Part shown: positions 1 to 13,950 of the stretch, in pieces | Position numbering within the stretch: position 1 is the first letter of the stretch | Layout: every line of letters starts with the position of its first letter | Source of the DNA: Neocallimastix sp. 'constans' | Taxonomy: Eukaryota | Direction of reading: 5' to 3' | Assembly (NCBI GenBank): GCA_050613775.1 | Contig: JBODTK010000100.1 | Location: forward strand, 372,001-436,000 | DNA: 64,000 nucleotides | The notes under the pieces: model-generated | Told to the model about the DNA's origin: nothing | Seen by the model: only the letters and a program-made list of their open reading frames with translations | Databases searched by the model: none | Position numbers and translations under genes: made by a program

Positions 1-126
1 TCATTTCATAAATTAAATAAAAAGAAAAGGAATATAAAAAATAATACTATATATAATATTTTTCAAACTTATTTAACATTTAATAATTTCATTTTATTTT
101 TTAATTTTCACTTTATATATATCTAG

Positions 127-1098
127 GTTGATAATAAGACTATTGTTCCAACTATTGGGTTCTCGATTGAAACTTTTTCTAAATCAAAGTTAAACTTAAC
201 TGTTATTGATATGTCTGGACAGGGACGCTATCGTGATCTGTGGGAACATTATTACGCTGACGTTGACGCTGTAATATTCGTAGTAGATTCTTCAGATAAA
301 ATTAGAACATGTGTAGCAAAAGATGAATTGGAACAAATGCTTAATCATAAAGGTAAATATATTTATTCTATGTATACTATTTTATATGAAGTAAAATATA
401 TATATATAAAGCAACATACGAATTATTTTATTTTATTTATTTAAAATAATTAATATTTTTATCTATACTATAAATTATATATATATATATATCTTATAAA
501 TACTACTACCATTTTCATCACTATTACTTCTACTATTACTAACAATGATAATAAAAAATTAAAGATTTAAAGAAAAGAAAAATCCCAATACTTTTTTTTG
601 CAAATAAAAACGATATTGAAGATGGTATGACAGTTGCAGATTGTTCAAATGCCTTAGGCTTAAATAATGTGAAAACAAAAAATTGGTATATTTGGTAAAT
701 AACTTTCAATATATATTATGTATATTTTTAGACAAATTGCTTTTAAAAATCATAAATATTATATGTGATAATATATCTTAATAACATTATATTTTAATAA
801 GCTATTAACCATATATTTAATTTATTTATTAAATATAAAAATATCAAAATAAAATATAAATAAAAAAAATATAAGTTCTTGTAATGGTCTAACTGGGGAT
901 GGTATATCAACAGGATTTAATTGGCTAATTGGTAAGTATTTATAAAAAATAATACATATATATATAGTTATAGCAAACTTATTTTAAAGTAAAAGTTTAA
1001 TAATGAATATTATATTAATCTTTTTTATTTATTTATTTATTTATTTATTTTTATTTTTAACATTAAAATAAAATAAAATAATTAAAGAACAACTATAA
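127..1098 (+). CDS. ARL6: ADP-ribosylation factor-like GTPase 6 (ARL6/BBS3), 5'-partial; exons 127-352, 565-694, 876-931, 1088-1098
   Basis: The spliced translation gives [71 protein letters not shown] is the ARL6-type switch II and NKxD is G4. All introns are GT-AG and keep frame. The P-loop exon lies upstream of the window. Confidence 0.92.
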
Positions 1099-2179
1099 TA
1101 ATTGTATTATGAAACATTCTAGAGAAAGAAAAATATTATACTTCCTTTACAATAAGAAAATTTATTATTAAATAATATTTTTAAATAATAATTATATTTT
1201 AATTGTTATTCTTATAATCTTATTATGACTATATAAAAAAAATGCTTTATACCATTAATATTTATAATTTTGGCATTAAAATGTATAATTAAAAAATTTC
1301 TTTATTGTATTATCCCTTTAATAATTTATAAATAATTTATATACCATCCCTATAAACATTTATTTATTTAATAATATTTAAAATTAAAATTTATAATAAT
1401 TAAATATTAATAAAAATACATAAATAAATAAAATTTAATATAAAATAAAATAAAAACCAACTTTTTTATTAAAAATAATTTATAAATATATGATTATGAT
1501 TCCAATAGTAATAATAATTATGATACATATTAATTAGTTTAATACTATTTAATCCTTCAAAATAAATTGGTTTGATTAATTATATATATTTATTTACTTA
1601 TTTATTTATTTATTTATAATATTTTTGATGTACATTATATAATTTGATAATGTATATATATTTATATATATACATATACATTAATTCTCCATTTCTTTTA
1701 TTTATTTATTTTATACTTTTTTATAAATAAAAATTATTTATATATATATATATATTTTTTATTTTCTAAAACTTCTATATAAGGTAATATAATTAATATA
1801 TTTTTTTCTTATGAATATTAAAAAAATTAATTATAAATATTATTAATTAATTTAATATACATAAAACTTTTTTTTTTTTTTTTTTTTTTATATTTATTTT
1901 TATTTAAAAAATTTATTTATAAATAATATAAATATAATATAGTTTGGATATTGACAATTATTATTAAAAATATAATAATATTTTTTTTAATCAGATTTTA
2001 AATTTCAATTACAATATCAAATTTTAAATCAAAAATAATAGTTTTATTATTTTATTTATTAATATTTTTTAATTTAAAATAGGAAATATTTAAAATATTT
2101 AATTGTAAATTTAAATAAAATTAACATATATTAAAAAATCCTCTCCATTCATTTTAAATAGTGAATTAAACAATGAGGA

Positions 2180-5100
2180 ATGAAATTAATTTCTAATGAA
2201 GGAGAAAAAGAAATTAAAAATGAAGAAGAGTCTGGAAATTTAAATTTTGATTTTAAAACTGTCTCTGAATTTTTTGAATTAGAAGATTTACTTAGAAATA
2301 ATGGAATAAAGTAATAATAATAAGTCATTACTGATTATGAAAATAATAAAAAAATAAAATTCTAATATAAATAATAAATTATATTTATAATAATTATTAC
2401 TATATTTTTTTTTTTTTTCTTTTTATTTTAATTAAAAAAATTTATTATTAATGATAAAATTAAAATTTTATATTTTTTTTATATATAATAAATAATAAAT
2501 AATAAATTAATTAATAATTTATAAATATTTTATTATTATTATTATTAATATTATTATTATTCGTTTATATAAAGTGAAAGATTAATTGAAGAATGTGGAA
2601 ACCATATTTTTGAAAGCGGTGATATTTATGAATATATAAAAACAGTAATTTTTTATTAAATTATTTTTGTTTAATTAAATAAATCTTAAATATCTTATAA
2701 TGAAATTTAAATATAAAATTCAATTTTAAAATTAATTTCTTGAAATTTTAAATATACTTTGAAAATGAAAATTCATAACTCATATTTATTTATTTATTAA
2801 TATATTTATTGTATATAGAATATACTAGATAAAATTAAAAATAAAACAAAGATTTTGAAATTAATAGAAAAACAAAAATTATTTTTAAATAATTTTAATA
2901 GTAATTTTAATGAAAGAGCAAATGAAAAGTAATTAAAAAAATTATATATATATAATTATAAATATTATAATATTAAAATTAAATATTAAATAATTTTAAA
3001 ATCGGTGATAATAATATTATATATAATTTAAAGCAAACAAAAGGAGCTTAATTTAAATAAAGGTAAATATTTATTTTTTTTTTTTTTATTTCTATTTTTT
3101 TTGAAACAAAATAATTAAATTTATTAAAACAAATTACTAATAATAATGTTTTTATTAATTATTTATATTAAATTTTATACAATAATTGAAGAAAATAATA
3201 AAGTGCACAATTCTGTAAATATATATATATAATAATAATTTATTTGAATATAATAAACTTAAATATAATAAAATTTATTTATTTAATAGGATATATCATC
3301 TTTTGAAATTTTACATTCAATAAAAAAAGAAAATAATTCCATTATAACCTCTAATTCTAATAATAATACGTAATTAAATATAGTTTTAATTAAATCAATA
3401 TTTTTAATTATTTTTATTTTACTGAAATTTTTTTTTTATTTTATTATTTTTATTTATTATAATTATTATATTTTTTTATTTTTATTTGTAAATATAAATA
3501 TATATATATAAAGAAATATACAAATGCTTACTACTAATGATTTTTTAATTTCTTGTAATCCTCAAAATACTAAAACCAATAGTAATAAGTCGGAGGACCA
3601 TAAGAACAAAATTTCAACTTTAACTTATTCTCATAAAGAAGATAATACATATTCTAAAGAGAATAATTTAAATATAAAACTTCCAAAGGAAAATGATTCA
3701 TTGAATAATATAGAGAATAATTTTAATATTCAAACACAAGAGAAAAATGATTCATTAAATAATATAGAGAATAATTTAAATTTAAAAATTCAAGAGGAAA
3801 ATGATTCATTAAATAATATTGAGAATAATTTTAATATACAAACTCAAAAGGAAAATGATTCATTAAATAATATTGAGAATAACTTAAATTTAAAAATTCA
3901 AGAGGAAAATGATTTATTAAATAATATTGAAAATAATTTAAATTTAAAAACTCAAGAGGAAAATGATTCATTAAATAATATAAAGAATAATTTAAATTTA
4001 AAAACTCAAGAGGAAAATGATTCATTAAATAATATAGAGAATAATTTAAATTTAAAAACTCAAGAGGAAAATGATTCATTAAATAATATTGAGAATAATT
4101 TAAATTTAAAAACTCAAGAGGAAAATGATTCATTAAATAATATAGAGAATAATTTAAATTTAAAAACTCAAGAGGAAAATGATTCATTAAATAATATAGA
4201 GAATAATTTAAATTTAAAAACTCAAGAGAAAAATGGTTCATTAAATAACATTGAAAATAATTTAAATTTAAAAACTCAAAAGGAAAATGATTCATTAAAT
4301 AATATAGAAAATAATTTAAGTATAAAAGCTCAAAAGGAAAATGATTCATTAAATAATATTGAAAATAACTTAAGTATAAAAATTCAAGAGGAAAATGATT
4401 CATTAAATAATATAGAAAATAATTTAAATATAAAAACTCAAGAGGAAAATGATTCATTAAATAATATTGAAAATAATTTAAATATAAAAACTCAAAAGGA
4501 AAATGATTCATTAAATAATATAGAAAATAATTTAAATATAAAAACTCAAAAGGAAAATGATTCATTAAATAATATAGAAAATAATTTAAATATAAAAACT
4601 CAAAAGGAAAATGATTCATTAAATAATAAAGAGAATAATTTATATAATAATAATTATACATCCATTACAAAGTCATTGCAAGGTCATGTACAAAAACATG
4701 TATACGAAAATACTCAAAATCAATTGCAAGTCAACACTCAAATGAGAATTCAAAATACTCAGGAAAATGCTCAGGAAAATGTTCAGGAAAATGTTCAGGA
4801 AAATATTCAGGAAAATGTTCAGGAAAATGTTCAGGAAAATGTTCAGGAAAATGCTCAAGAAAATACTCAAGAAAATACACAAAAGTTTTTACAAGAAAAT
4901 ACGGAAAAAGTACAAAAAGATATGCCAAAATCATTAAAAAAGAATACTTCTATACAATCATTGAATAATATTCAAAAGTTAAATCAAAATACTACCCCAA
5001 AGCAATTACAAAAGAATGATCATAAATTATTTAAAAATATTCAAAAGCCATTACAGGGAAAAAAACAAATTTCAGAACAAGAAAAAATTTTAAGTTCAAT

Positions 5101-8100
5101 GCAAGAAAATACCCAAAAATTAATACAAATGAATATTTCATATCCAATCCAAGAAAATAACCAAGAATTATTACATACGAATATTTCAAAGTACATACAA
5201 AAAAATAATCAAGAAGCATTAATAGATAATATTCAAAAATCATTATATAAAAATGATCCAAATTCTCAGAAGAATACTCAAACTTTAGAGGAAATTCAAC
5301 ATAATACAACACATAGTTTTGATAAAAGTCCTTTAAAAAAGAATATTCAAAATTCACAAGAAATTATCCAGCCATTAGAAGAGGATTTTTCAATACTTAT
5401 GAAAATGAATTCAATAAAAAATTTCAAAGAAAAGATTATACAATTAATAACAGGAGATATACCTGTTTCATCAAAACAAAACAACCAAAATCAATCAAAA
5501 GAAAAAACAAAGCATTATTATGAGAATGTTAATAAGTCACCAGAAAAGAACTCTCAAAATAAATTACAAAAATCATTACAAGAAGATACATCATCTATTC
5601 AAGGAAGTACATCATTGTTAAAAGAAAATGTAATATCAATACAAGAAAATGCACTCTCAATTCAAGAAAATTCATTATCATTACAAGAAAATATTCAAAG
5701 TCAAACTTTACAAAAAACATTAGAACAAGTAAATTCTTCAGCACCACAAAAAAATATTCAAAATGTCCATAATGAAGTAAATGAACAAAGAAGTATTTCT
5801 TTACTAGAAGAAAATACTCAAAATGAATCAATAAAACAGGAAAGTACTTCATTATCACAAAAAATTATTCAGAATCAAACAAAAAAACTGGGGAATAATC
5901 AAGATATTATTTACAATCAAATGCAGGTACAGAAATATGGATTATCATTACAAGAAAATATTGGAAATCAAATATTGGAACAGGAAAATGAATCATTATT
6001 ACAAAAAGATACTAGAAATCAAATATTGGAACAGGAAAGTGGATCATCATTACAAAAAAATACTAGAAATCAAATATTGGAACAGGAAAATGGATCATCA
6101 TTACAAAAAAATACTAGAAATCAAATATTAGAACAGGAAAATGGATCATTATTACAAAAAAATACTAGAAATCAAATATTGGAACAGGAAAATGGATCAT
6201 CATTACAAAAAAATACTAGAAATCAAATATTAGAACAGGAAAATGGATCATCATTACAAAATAATACTAGAAATCAAATATTAGAACAGGAAAATGGATC
6301 ATCATTACAAAAAAATACTAGAAATCAAATATTAGAACAGGAAAATGGATCATCATTACAAAAAAATACTAGAAATCAAATATTGGAACAGGAAAATGAA
6401 TCATCATCCCAAGAAAATATTGAAAATCAATCGAAAGTACGAGAAAGTACTTCATCTCTACAGGATAATAATAAAAATCAAACAATAGAACAAGCAAATA
6501 CCCAAGAAAACGTACTACCAAAAATATCAGAAAATAATCAAGTAATTGTAAATAATAAGAATTCAAATAATGAAAGAGTAATACCTAAGAAGAGTATTAT
6601 AGGAAATGAACATCATATAATAAAAAGGGAAGATGAAATTTCTCGTGAAAGGCTGGAAATCAATTCACAAAATCTTTTTAAATTAGAATCCAAAAATACA
6701 TTAATGAATGTTATTATCTTTGTGAATTATTTGAAACAATTAGTTTTATATTTAAATTATGAAATAAGTTCTATTAGAAGAAAGCCTTTTGTTGATAAAA
6801 ACCACATTATTAATTATACAAAAGATTTATGTGATTATTTAACCATTAAAATTTCATATTATATAAGTTGGTATTTTTCTAGTACGAACAATTCCCTCCA
6901 TGATATGAATAAATTAATTAATGAAAAAATTGGTGTTATTTTAATTGATTTTTTCGTTATTTTTAACTCGTTTATGTTAACTTTAAATAAAATTGGAAGT
7001 GAAAGAAAAATTGTACAAGTTTATTTGAATATTTTAATAAATGTAATAAAATGGAAAATCAGTGAAATTGAAGGAGAATTAAAGAATAAATTATTAAGTC
7101 AAAGACAAAGTCAAATTCATATTATTAATAATAAAATTATTAATAATATTATACCCCAAAGTATAATCAATTATTTAAATGATAATGGACAAAATTATAT
7201 GTCAGAAAATTTATATAATCGAATTATTAATAATAATGATAATAATAATAATAATGATAATAATAATAATAATGATAATAATAATATTAGTAATAGTGAT
7301 ATTAAAGATAATAATAATGATGATGATGCTGGTAATAATAATAATAACAATAATAATAATAACAATAATAATGCTGGTAATGATATTAATGATAATAACA
7401 ATAGTGATAATAATGATAATACTAATATTAATAATATAAGTAATATTTTTATTCCTCTAAATAATAATATACAAAATAATATATCAAATAATAATTCCAA
7501 TCCATTAGATAATAATAAACAAAATATACCAATAAATTTATTTTGTAACATAAATAGTATTAATAAACAAAATAATATAGAAGAAAACAGTCGAACAATT
7601 CGAAAAGATGATATAGTTAATAATCAAATTTCTATATTTATTAATGAACTTATGAATTCTCAAGAAGTTATACAAAATAATAAACAAGACAATACAGTAA
7701 ATAATATACAAAATAAATCTGATAATAGTAATATTAATAATAATAATAATAATAATAATCATAATAACATCCATAATATTCAAAATAATATAAATTATCA
7801 AGTTTATAATAATCAAAATAGTATTTATAATAATCAAGATAATATAGAAGATAATATTTTAAATGAAATACTAAATGAGCAAAATAATTATCAAGAGAGC
7901 AGTACAATAAATAAGACACAAAAACCCCAAAATAATTATGAAGATAATAACAAGGCAAATAATACACTAAGTAATTTAAAAGAAACTTTAACTAAAGATG
8001 TTCAAGATGAGGAAAGCAGTGATATTTCTAGAACTTTACAAAAACAAAATAAATCCGTTGAACAAATAGATAAAAAAAATAAAAGAAAAAGAATATCAAC

Positions 8101-8226
8101 AACAAGAAAGTCATCAAAAATCATCAAAAATAATAAAAATAATAACCTACCAAAAAAGTTGGTATGTATATAATTAATTATAATAACTTAATTAACAATG
8201 ATTAGATAATTATAGTGATTCTTAAC

Positions 8227-8270
<44 letters not shown>

Positions 8271-10516
8271 TAATAATTGTATTAAATTATATATAATTTT
8301 TATTTTTATTTTTTTATTTTTTTTTAATAGGTTACTGGAAAAATTCATCCTTTGGAAAAAAAGTATTGTCCAACATGGTTCCCACCTGTTAAAGATGGCA
8401 GGTACCTTCGTTCCAATGCTAGATTACAAAAGCAATACATTAAAGTTCGTGATGATATCTTATTTTATTGGGAATTAAATAAACCAGAATATATTACAAA
8501 AGAACTTGTTAGGTCAAGATTTAAATATAAGCCTGAAGCTCTTGATCAAATACATAATTTCCTTGAAATACATGATTATATAAATAAAAATGCATTTAAT
8601 ATACGTCATAATAAAAGAAATAAAGAATATAATGATGCTGTTGTTATTAATGATGAAAATGACACTAGTCAGGATCAATCTGATGGTAATAATTCCAATG
8701 AAAGTAGCGATAATGAAAATGATAATAGTGATGATGAAAACTTTTTTACTGATGATAATGATAATATTATAGTAATTGATGATGCCATTGATGATGAAAA
8801 TGACGATGTTAATAATAATAACAATAATAATAATGAGGATATTAATTATTATATTGATAATAATAAAGAGAATAATAATCATATTGATATTGATAATAGA
8901 AATAATATGAATTTTAATAGCAGCATTGTAAATGGTGATGATAATAATGTTAATAATGTTAATAATGTTAATAATGTTAATAATAAAAATAATAAAATTA
9001 ATAAAAATAATAATAGTAATGATAGTAATAGTAATAAATATAATAAAAAAGAAGAAGAAAAAGATTGTGAATACCAATCACTAAATAGTAATAATAATAA
9101 ACATAGATGGAAAGGAAAAGAGCCAGCTATTGATGGCGATGACGATAATATTAATTATGATAGAAAATCAATAACAATTAATACTAATAATAATTCTAGT
9201 TGGAAAGGAAAAAAGGCTACAATAAATTTTGATAATAATAATGATGATATAATTGTCATTAATGATAATGATAATAATAATAATATGGTTTTTCAACCTA
9301 TTAGAGAATTTAAAAAATTCATAAATTATATTAATATTAATGACTTTGGTCGTAATTCTAATTATCAAAATGAATCGTCAGGTTCAAATGATTATAACAA
9401 TAATAATGAGAAATCCTCAACATCTGAGAACGGTAGCTACGTAATTGAAGCGTCATCAGTTAATAACACTATCGAAAGCCAATTATCACATACTACAATC
9501 AGTAATAATCCCAATATATTATCTCCATTTGATGATCATATTATTAGAAAAAATAAAACGTCACAATCAAAAAATAGTAATGTTACTGTTAATAATTCAT
9601 TACAACTAGATATATACAATAGTAATGATAAATATGATTTAAATGATACAAATGATACAAATAATACAAATGATACAAATGATACAAATAATTTAAATGA
9701 TAAAATTGATAAAAATAGTAGCAATAGCAATAATAATCGAAAAAGAAAAGAAGTTGAAAGTAATGGTACCAATAAAACTATTCATGCTGATATTGAAATA
9801 ATATCATATAATCGTCAAAGTAAGCGACTTAAAAAGAATAAAAAAAACTTTAATTCAGTTATTTATATTGAAGATAAAGATGAAAATGAAGATGACAATT
9901 ATTTTGGTTATAGAAGTGATTTTTCATTAATTAATATTTCTGATGATGATGATGATGATAATGATAAAATTAATAATAATAAAAGTAAAAACAAAACAAG
10001 AAATACTAGAAATAGTAGAAATGATAAAAATAATAACAATTCTAATTCAAATAATAGTAATGATAGTGATACAACGACTCCTCTTACAAATAATAATAAT
10101 AACAAAAGTAGAAGAAGAAAAGGAGAAAAAAGGAAAAGAGAAAAAAAAAATGAAATTGATACAGAAAATGAAGAAGATACAGAAAATGGAATTAATAATA
10201 AAAATAATCATAATAAAAATAATCATAATGAAAATAATCATAATGAAAATAATCATAATGAAAATAATAATAATGAAAATAATAATAATGAAAATAATAA
10301 TAATGAAAATAATGATGATGTCAATGAATCAATTTCACAAAGTACTAGATATAATCTAAGAAAAAGAAGAAAGAATATAGAAGAAGAAAATAGAACTAAT
10401 GAAACTCGACATGAAAATAGTAATTATTCATTTATGTATTAATTTATTTGCTATTAATTTATTCATTCATTTAATTTAACTATATAACATATATATATTT
10501 TTTTATATTAAATGAC

Positions 10517-10555
<39 letters not shown>

Positions 10556-11103
10556 TTTGAAGGTTATAATCTCAGGAATAATAAAAAAAGAAGGGATACA
10601 AATAACGATTTTACTATTAATCATAATAAAAATAATATTAATGATAATAACAGTTTATTAATAAATACTAGTCTATTAGATCCTTATCAGCAAGTTGAAT
10701 TATGTAAATTTGATATAGAAAAAAATCCACCACCATTTAAAGTTTTTGTTTCTTCCAACGTATTGGTAAAATATTTATTTTTATTTGAAGATAAAAGTTT
10801 TAATAGTAAAATATATATATAGAAATATGTATATATAATACATTATATTAATACATATTATATATTATATTTATTATATTATTATGAATTTATAGTTATT
10901 TATGGAAATTCACTCACATTTATTAGAAATAGAAATTATGGGACTATTAGGAGGAAAATATGATTCCTTTAGAAGAATATTATATATTAAAGATATATAT
11001 CCTTGTAAAAGTGAGGGTACCGATTACTATGTTAGTATTCAATATATTAATTATTATTACTCTATATTTTATTGTTATTATTATTTATATATTTATATAT
11101 TTA

Positions 11104-11155
<52 letters not shown>

Positions 11156-12230
11156 TTTTTTCTTTTTAATCATTTAAAATTTATTTTTATTTTATTTTAT
11201 TTTATTTTATATTATTTTATTTTATTTTATTTGTTACTTAATTTTTTTTATATATAGTGTGAAATGAATATTGAATCCGAAATAGAAGCGAAAAATATAT
11301 TCAATACTAAAGATTATGACATTGTAGGATGGTATCATTCGCATCCAATATTTGAAGTTAATCCATCCATTACAGATATTAGAAATCAATATCAGCATCA
11401 AGTAATCTATATATAAATCAATTTATATATAAAATTTTATTATATTATTAGTTTATAAATAAATAAATAAATAAATAAATAATAAATAATCCATTGATTA
11501 AATAATATATATATAATAATGAAAAATTAATTTTTATTTCAATTTCTATTATATATATATATATATAAAGAAATTATTTCATCTTGATAGTGGTGAAGAA
11601 CCATTTATAGGTATGATTATATCCCCTTATTATGATTATCAAATTAAAAGTACTATAAAAATATTTACTGTGAGTGAAAAATGGAATAAAAATAATAATT
11701 ACAGTAAGTATTATCATCCAAATAAGAAAAATAATAATAATGAATAGAAAATAGATAATAAAATAAGTTAATAAATAATAAATAATAAGTAAATAAATAA
11801 TATTGCGTTTATTATTATTATTATTATTATTATTAATTAACTTTTAAAAAATTTTACTAAATATTTATATAATAAAAAAAAATAATAAAAAAATAAAAAA
11901 AATTTTTAATTAATAGAATTACCTTATGAACATGAATTAATTATTGAGTATTCTAAACAAATCACTCAAGAGTTTATCTCCATTGTGGATAATTTACTAC
12001 TTCAAAATAAAAATGAAAAAACGTAAATAAATTAAAATATATATATATATATATTAATTATAAAAATATAAAAATATAAAAATCAATTAAAATTAAAAAT
12101 ATTTAATAATTATAATCATTAATTATTATATTAATCTAATACTATTTTTTTGCCATTCTATATATATATATATATTATTTATTTTATTTTATTTTATTTT
12201 ATATAATTATATATTAAAATTCATTTGATT

Positions 12231-12275
<45 letters not shown>

Positions 12276-12499
12276 TATAATCGAATAATAATTATAATAA
12301 ATAAAATAATTTTTTATATATAATAATTAATAATAGTTTAATTAATTTTAATAAAAATTATCGAAGTGGTCGATTAACTTATACTTATTATGACAAATTA
12401 TGTTATTCATCTCAGCAATATTTTAAAAAAATTCCAGATACCCAATCTAAAAGGCTCTTTACCGTCATTAAAAAACATTTAAAAATAAATAGTTTTTAA
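2180..12499 (+). CDS. MYSM1-like SWIRM + MPN+/JAMM metallo-deubiquitinase, ~2,690 aa. Exons approx. 2180-2310, 2575-2644, 2819-2928, 3034-3062, 3192-3214, 3290-3369, 3514-8161, 8331-10419, 10563-10765, 10896-11030, 11258-11401, 11571-11704, 11917-12022, 12337-12499
   Basis: The 1549-aa and 696-aa ORFs join in frame through a GT-AG intron at 8162-8330. SWIRM-like segment IHPLEKKYCPTWF..YIKVRDDILFYWELNKPEYITK..IHNFLEIHDYIN (8346-8590). MPN segment DPYQQV..PFKVFVSSNVLLFMEIHSH..EIMGLLGG..CEM..IVGWYHSHPIFEVNPSITD..PFIGMIISPY has an intact JAMM motif. The 5' micro-exons are less certain. Confidence 0.85.
3660..4640 (+). repeat. Coding tandem repeat, 54-bp unit (18 aa, QEENDSLNNIENNLNLKT), ~18 copies
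   Basis: Unit caagaggaaaatgattcattaaataatatagagaataatttaaatttaaaaact repeats in frame. Confidence 0.95.
5945..6420 (+). repeat. Coding tandem repeat, 51-bp unit (17 aa, SSLQKNTRNQILEQENG), ~9 copies
   Basis: Near-identical in-frame units. A further 12-bp QENV repeat lies at ~4750-4890. Confidence 0.95.
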
Positions 12500-12961
12500 T
12501 AAAAATAAATTCAATAAAAATAAATCATAAAAGAAATTAAATAATAAAATTAATAAAATAATAATAGTAATATTAAAATGTAATAATATATTATTACTTT
12601 TTTTTTTTATTTTTATTTTTATTTTTTTTATCATTATTTATTAATTATTAATTATTATTTATTATTTAAATTTATTATACATATATACCTTTTTAATAAT
12701 TAGTATTTTAAATATTATAATTATTATTTAATATGAATTATATATTTGTATTATAATTAATATATCTATTTATATATTTATTTATATTTTTTTATTTGTA
12801 TTAATCCTTATTCTTTTATATTTATTTATTTATTTTTTTTTTTTTTTATTTTTTTTCAATCTAAAATAAACTAATAAAATAAAAATAAAAAATTTATAAA
12901 AAAATTTTTTTTTTTTAATTATAAATATAGTTAAACGTAAAAATATTTATGAATATTTTAT

Positions 12962-13005
<44 letters not shown>

Positions 13006-13074
13006 CATTAGAGTTGGAATAAACTTCTTTTAATAATATTTATTAAAAAAATACATGAGAAAAAAAAAATTTAA

Positions 13075-13146
13075 TAGCAGCGGTATGTTTCAATCATACG
13101 ATCTGTGGGTTATGAGCCCACCACACTTCCACTGCACTAAGCCTCT
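13075..13146 (-). pseudogene. Degenerate initiator tRNA-Met(CAT), probable pseudogene
   Basis: The minus strand reads AGAGGCT TA GTGC AGTGGAA GTGT G GTGGG CTCATAA CCCAC AGATC GTATG ATTGAAA CATAC CGCTGCT A (72 nt). It has the initiator hallmarks A1:T72, GGG/CCC anticodon stem and A54 T-loop. It also has acceptor mismatches (A3:G70, T7:C66), a weak D-stem and C56>T in the B box. Confidence 0.85.
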
Positions 13147-13161
13147 GATTCATTTTGATAT

Positions 13162-13585
13162 TGATACGATATTTTTAAATAATATAGAAATAACAGTAAA
13201 GATAATTTATAATGATAGATAATTAATGAAATTGTATAAATAATAAGTATTAATAAAATTAAATAAAATAAGCTGATCAATAGAATAGAGTTAAGAGAAA
13301 TATTGAAATATAAAATGAAGAAAATAAATAATAAATTTAGAAACGAGTTAGAGAGCTAACTAAAAATATATTATTAGGGAGAAAAAACTTAATATTATTA
13401 TAATCATAGTTATAAATTAAATTAATAAAATATATTGACTAATACTTAAATATAAAAATAAAATAAAAGATTAAAATACGACGAAACGAATTATTATCAT
13501 TGTTTATTATTTATTTTATTGGTGTGTGTTTATTATTATATTCTTCTATTAGAATATATTATTTTATAATTAATCAACTATGTAA
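13162..13585 (+). mobile_element. LTR-like element (3'-truncated) starting 15 bp upstream of tRNA-iMet
   Basis: Begins TGATACG. Shares colinear motifs with 56890-57421 (CAATAG-31 bp-TATAAAA, TAATACTT, ACGAC, GTGTGT, TATTAGAATATA). The 3' end is replaced by a Copia fragment. Confidence 0.55.
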
Positions 13586-13589
13586 GGAT

Positions 13590-13950
13590 TATAACTGAAA
13601 ATGAAAACCAAGAGGGAAGATGCTAATATGGACATAAAATAAAAATATGTTCAAGATGAAATTATGAAAAATGAAATTAAATTAACACTCATTGGTTCTA
13701 ACTCAATGATGGCAGATCCATTAATCAAAAATATTTCTGGAACCAAGCTTAAATACTTTGTAGGTTTCATCATGGAAATGTAAATAATGCTAACGTAGGA
13801 GAAATGTTTTGTGCTTAATTGCATTATAAGTTATGCTACATTATTTAGTGTAAAATACTTTTATTCGATAATATAATGCAGTGTAACGTTAAATGTTACC
13901 TATAATGTTAAACTCTTATAGAAAATAATTAAATGATCTTTCTAAATGTA
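13590..13950 (+). mobile_element. Ty1/Copia 3' fragment: RNase H C-terminus, PPT-like tract and probable LTR start
   Basis: 13628-13783 translates to MDIK*KYVQDEIMKNEIKLTLIGSNSMMADPLIKNISGTKLKYF, matching the Copia RNase H tail (HIDIKY..MLADPLTK). It is followed by purine-rich AGGAGAAA and then TGT at ~13805. The right boundary is uncertain. Confidence 0.7.

Noticed and set aside
3063..3214. Apparent non-canonical (AC) splice acceptor at 3180
   Set aside because: Recounting the phase shows that the canonical AG at 3190-3191 gives an in-frame micro-exon at 3192-3214.
3831..4661. 276-aa minus-strand repetitive ORF, and other antisense or alternate-frame ORFs over 4673-10359
   Set aside because: These are shadows of the coding tandem repeats and Asn/Asp tracts on the plus strand.
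3524..10442. Treating the 1549-aa and 696-aa ORFs as two genes
   Set aside because: Both ORF ends run into introns, and canonical GT-AG junctions link them in frame to each other and to the JAMM exons.
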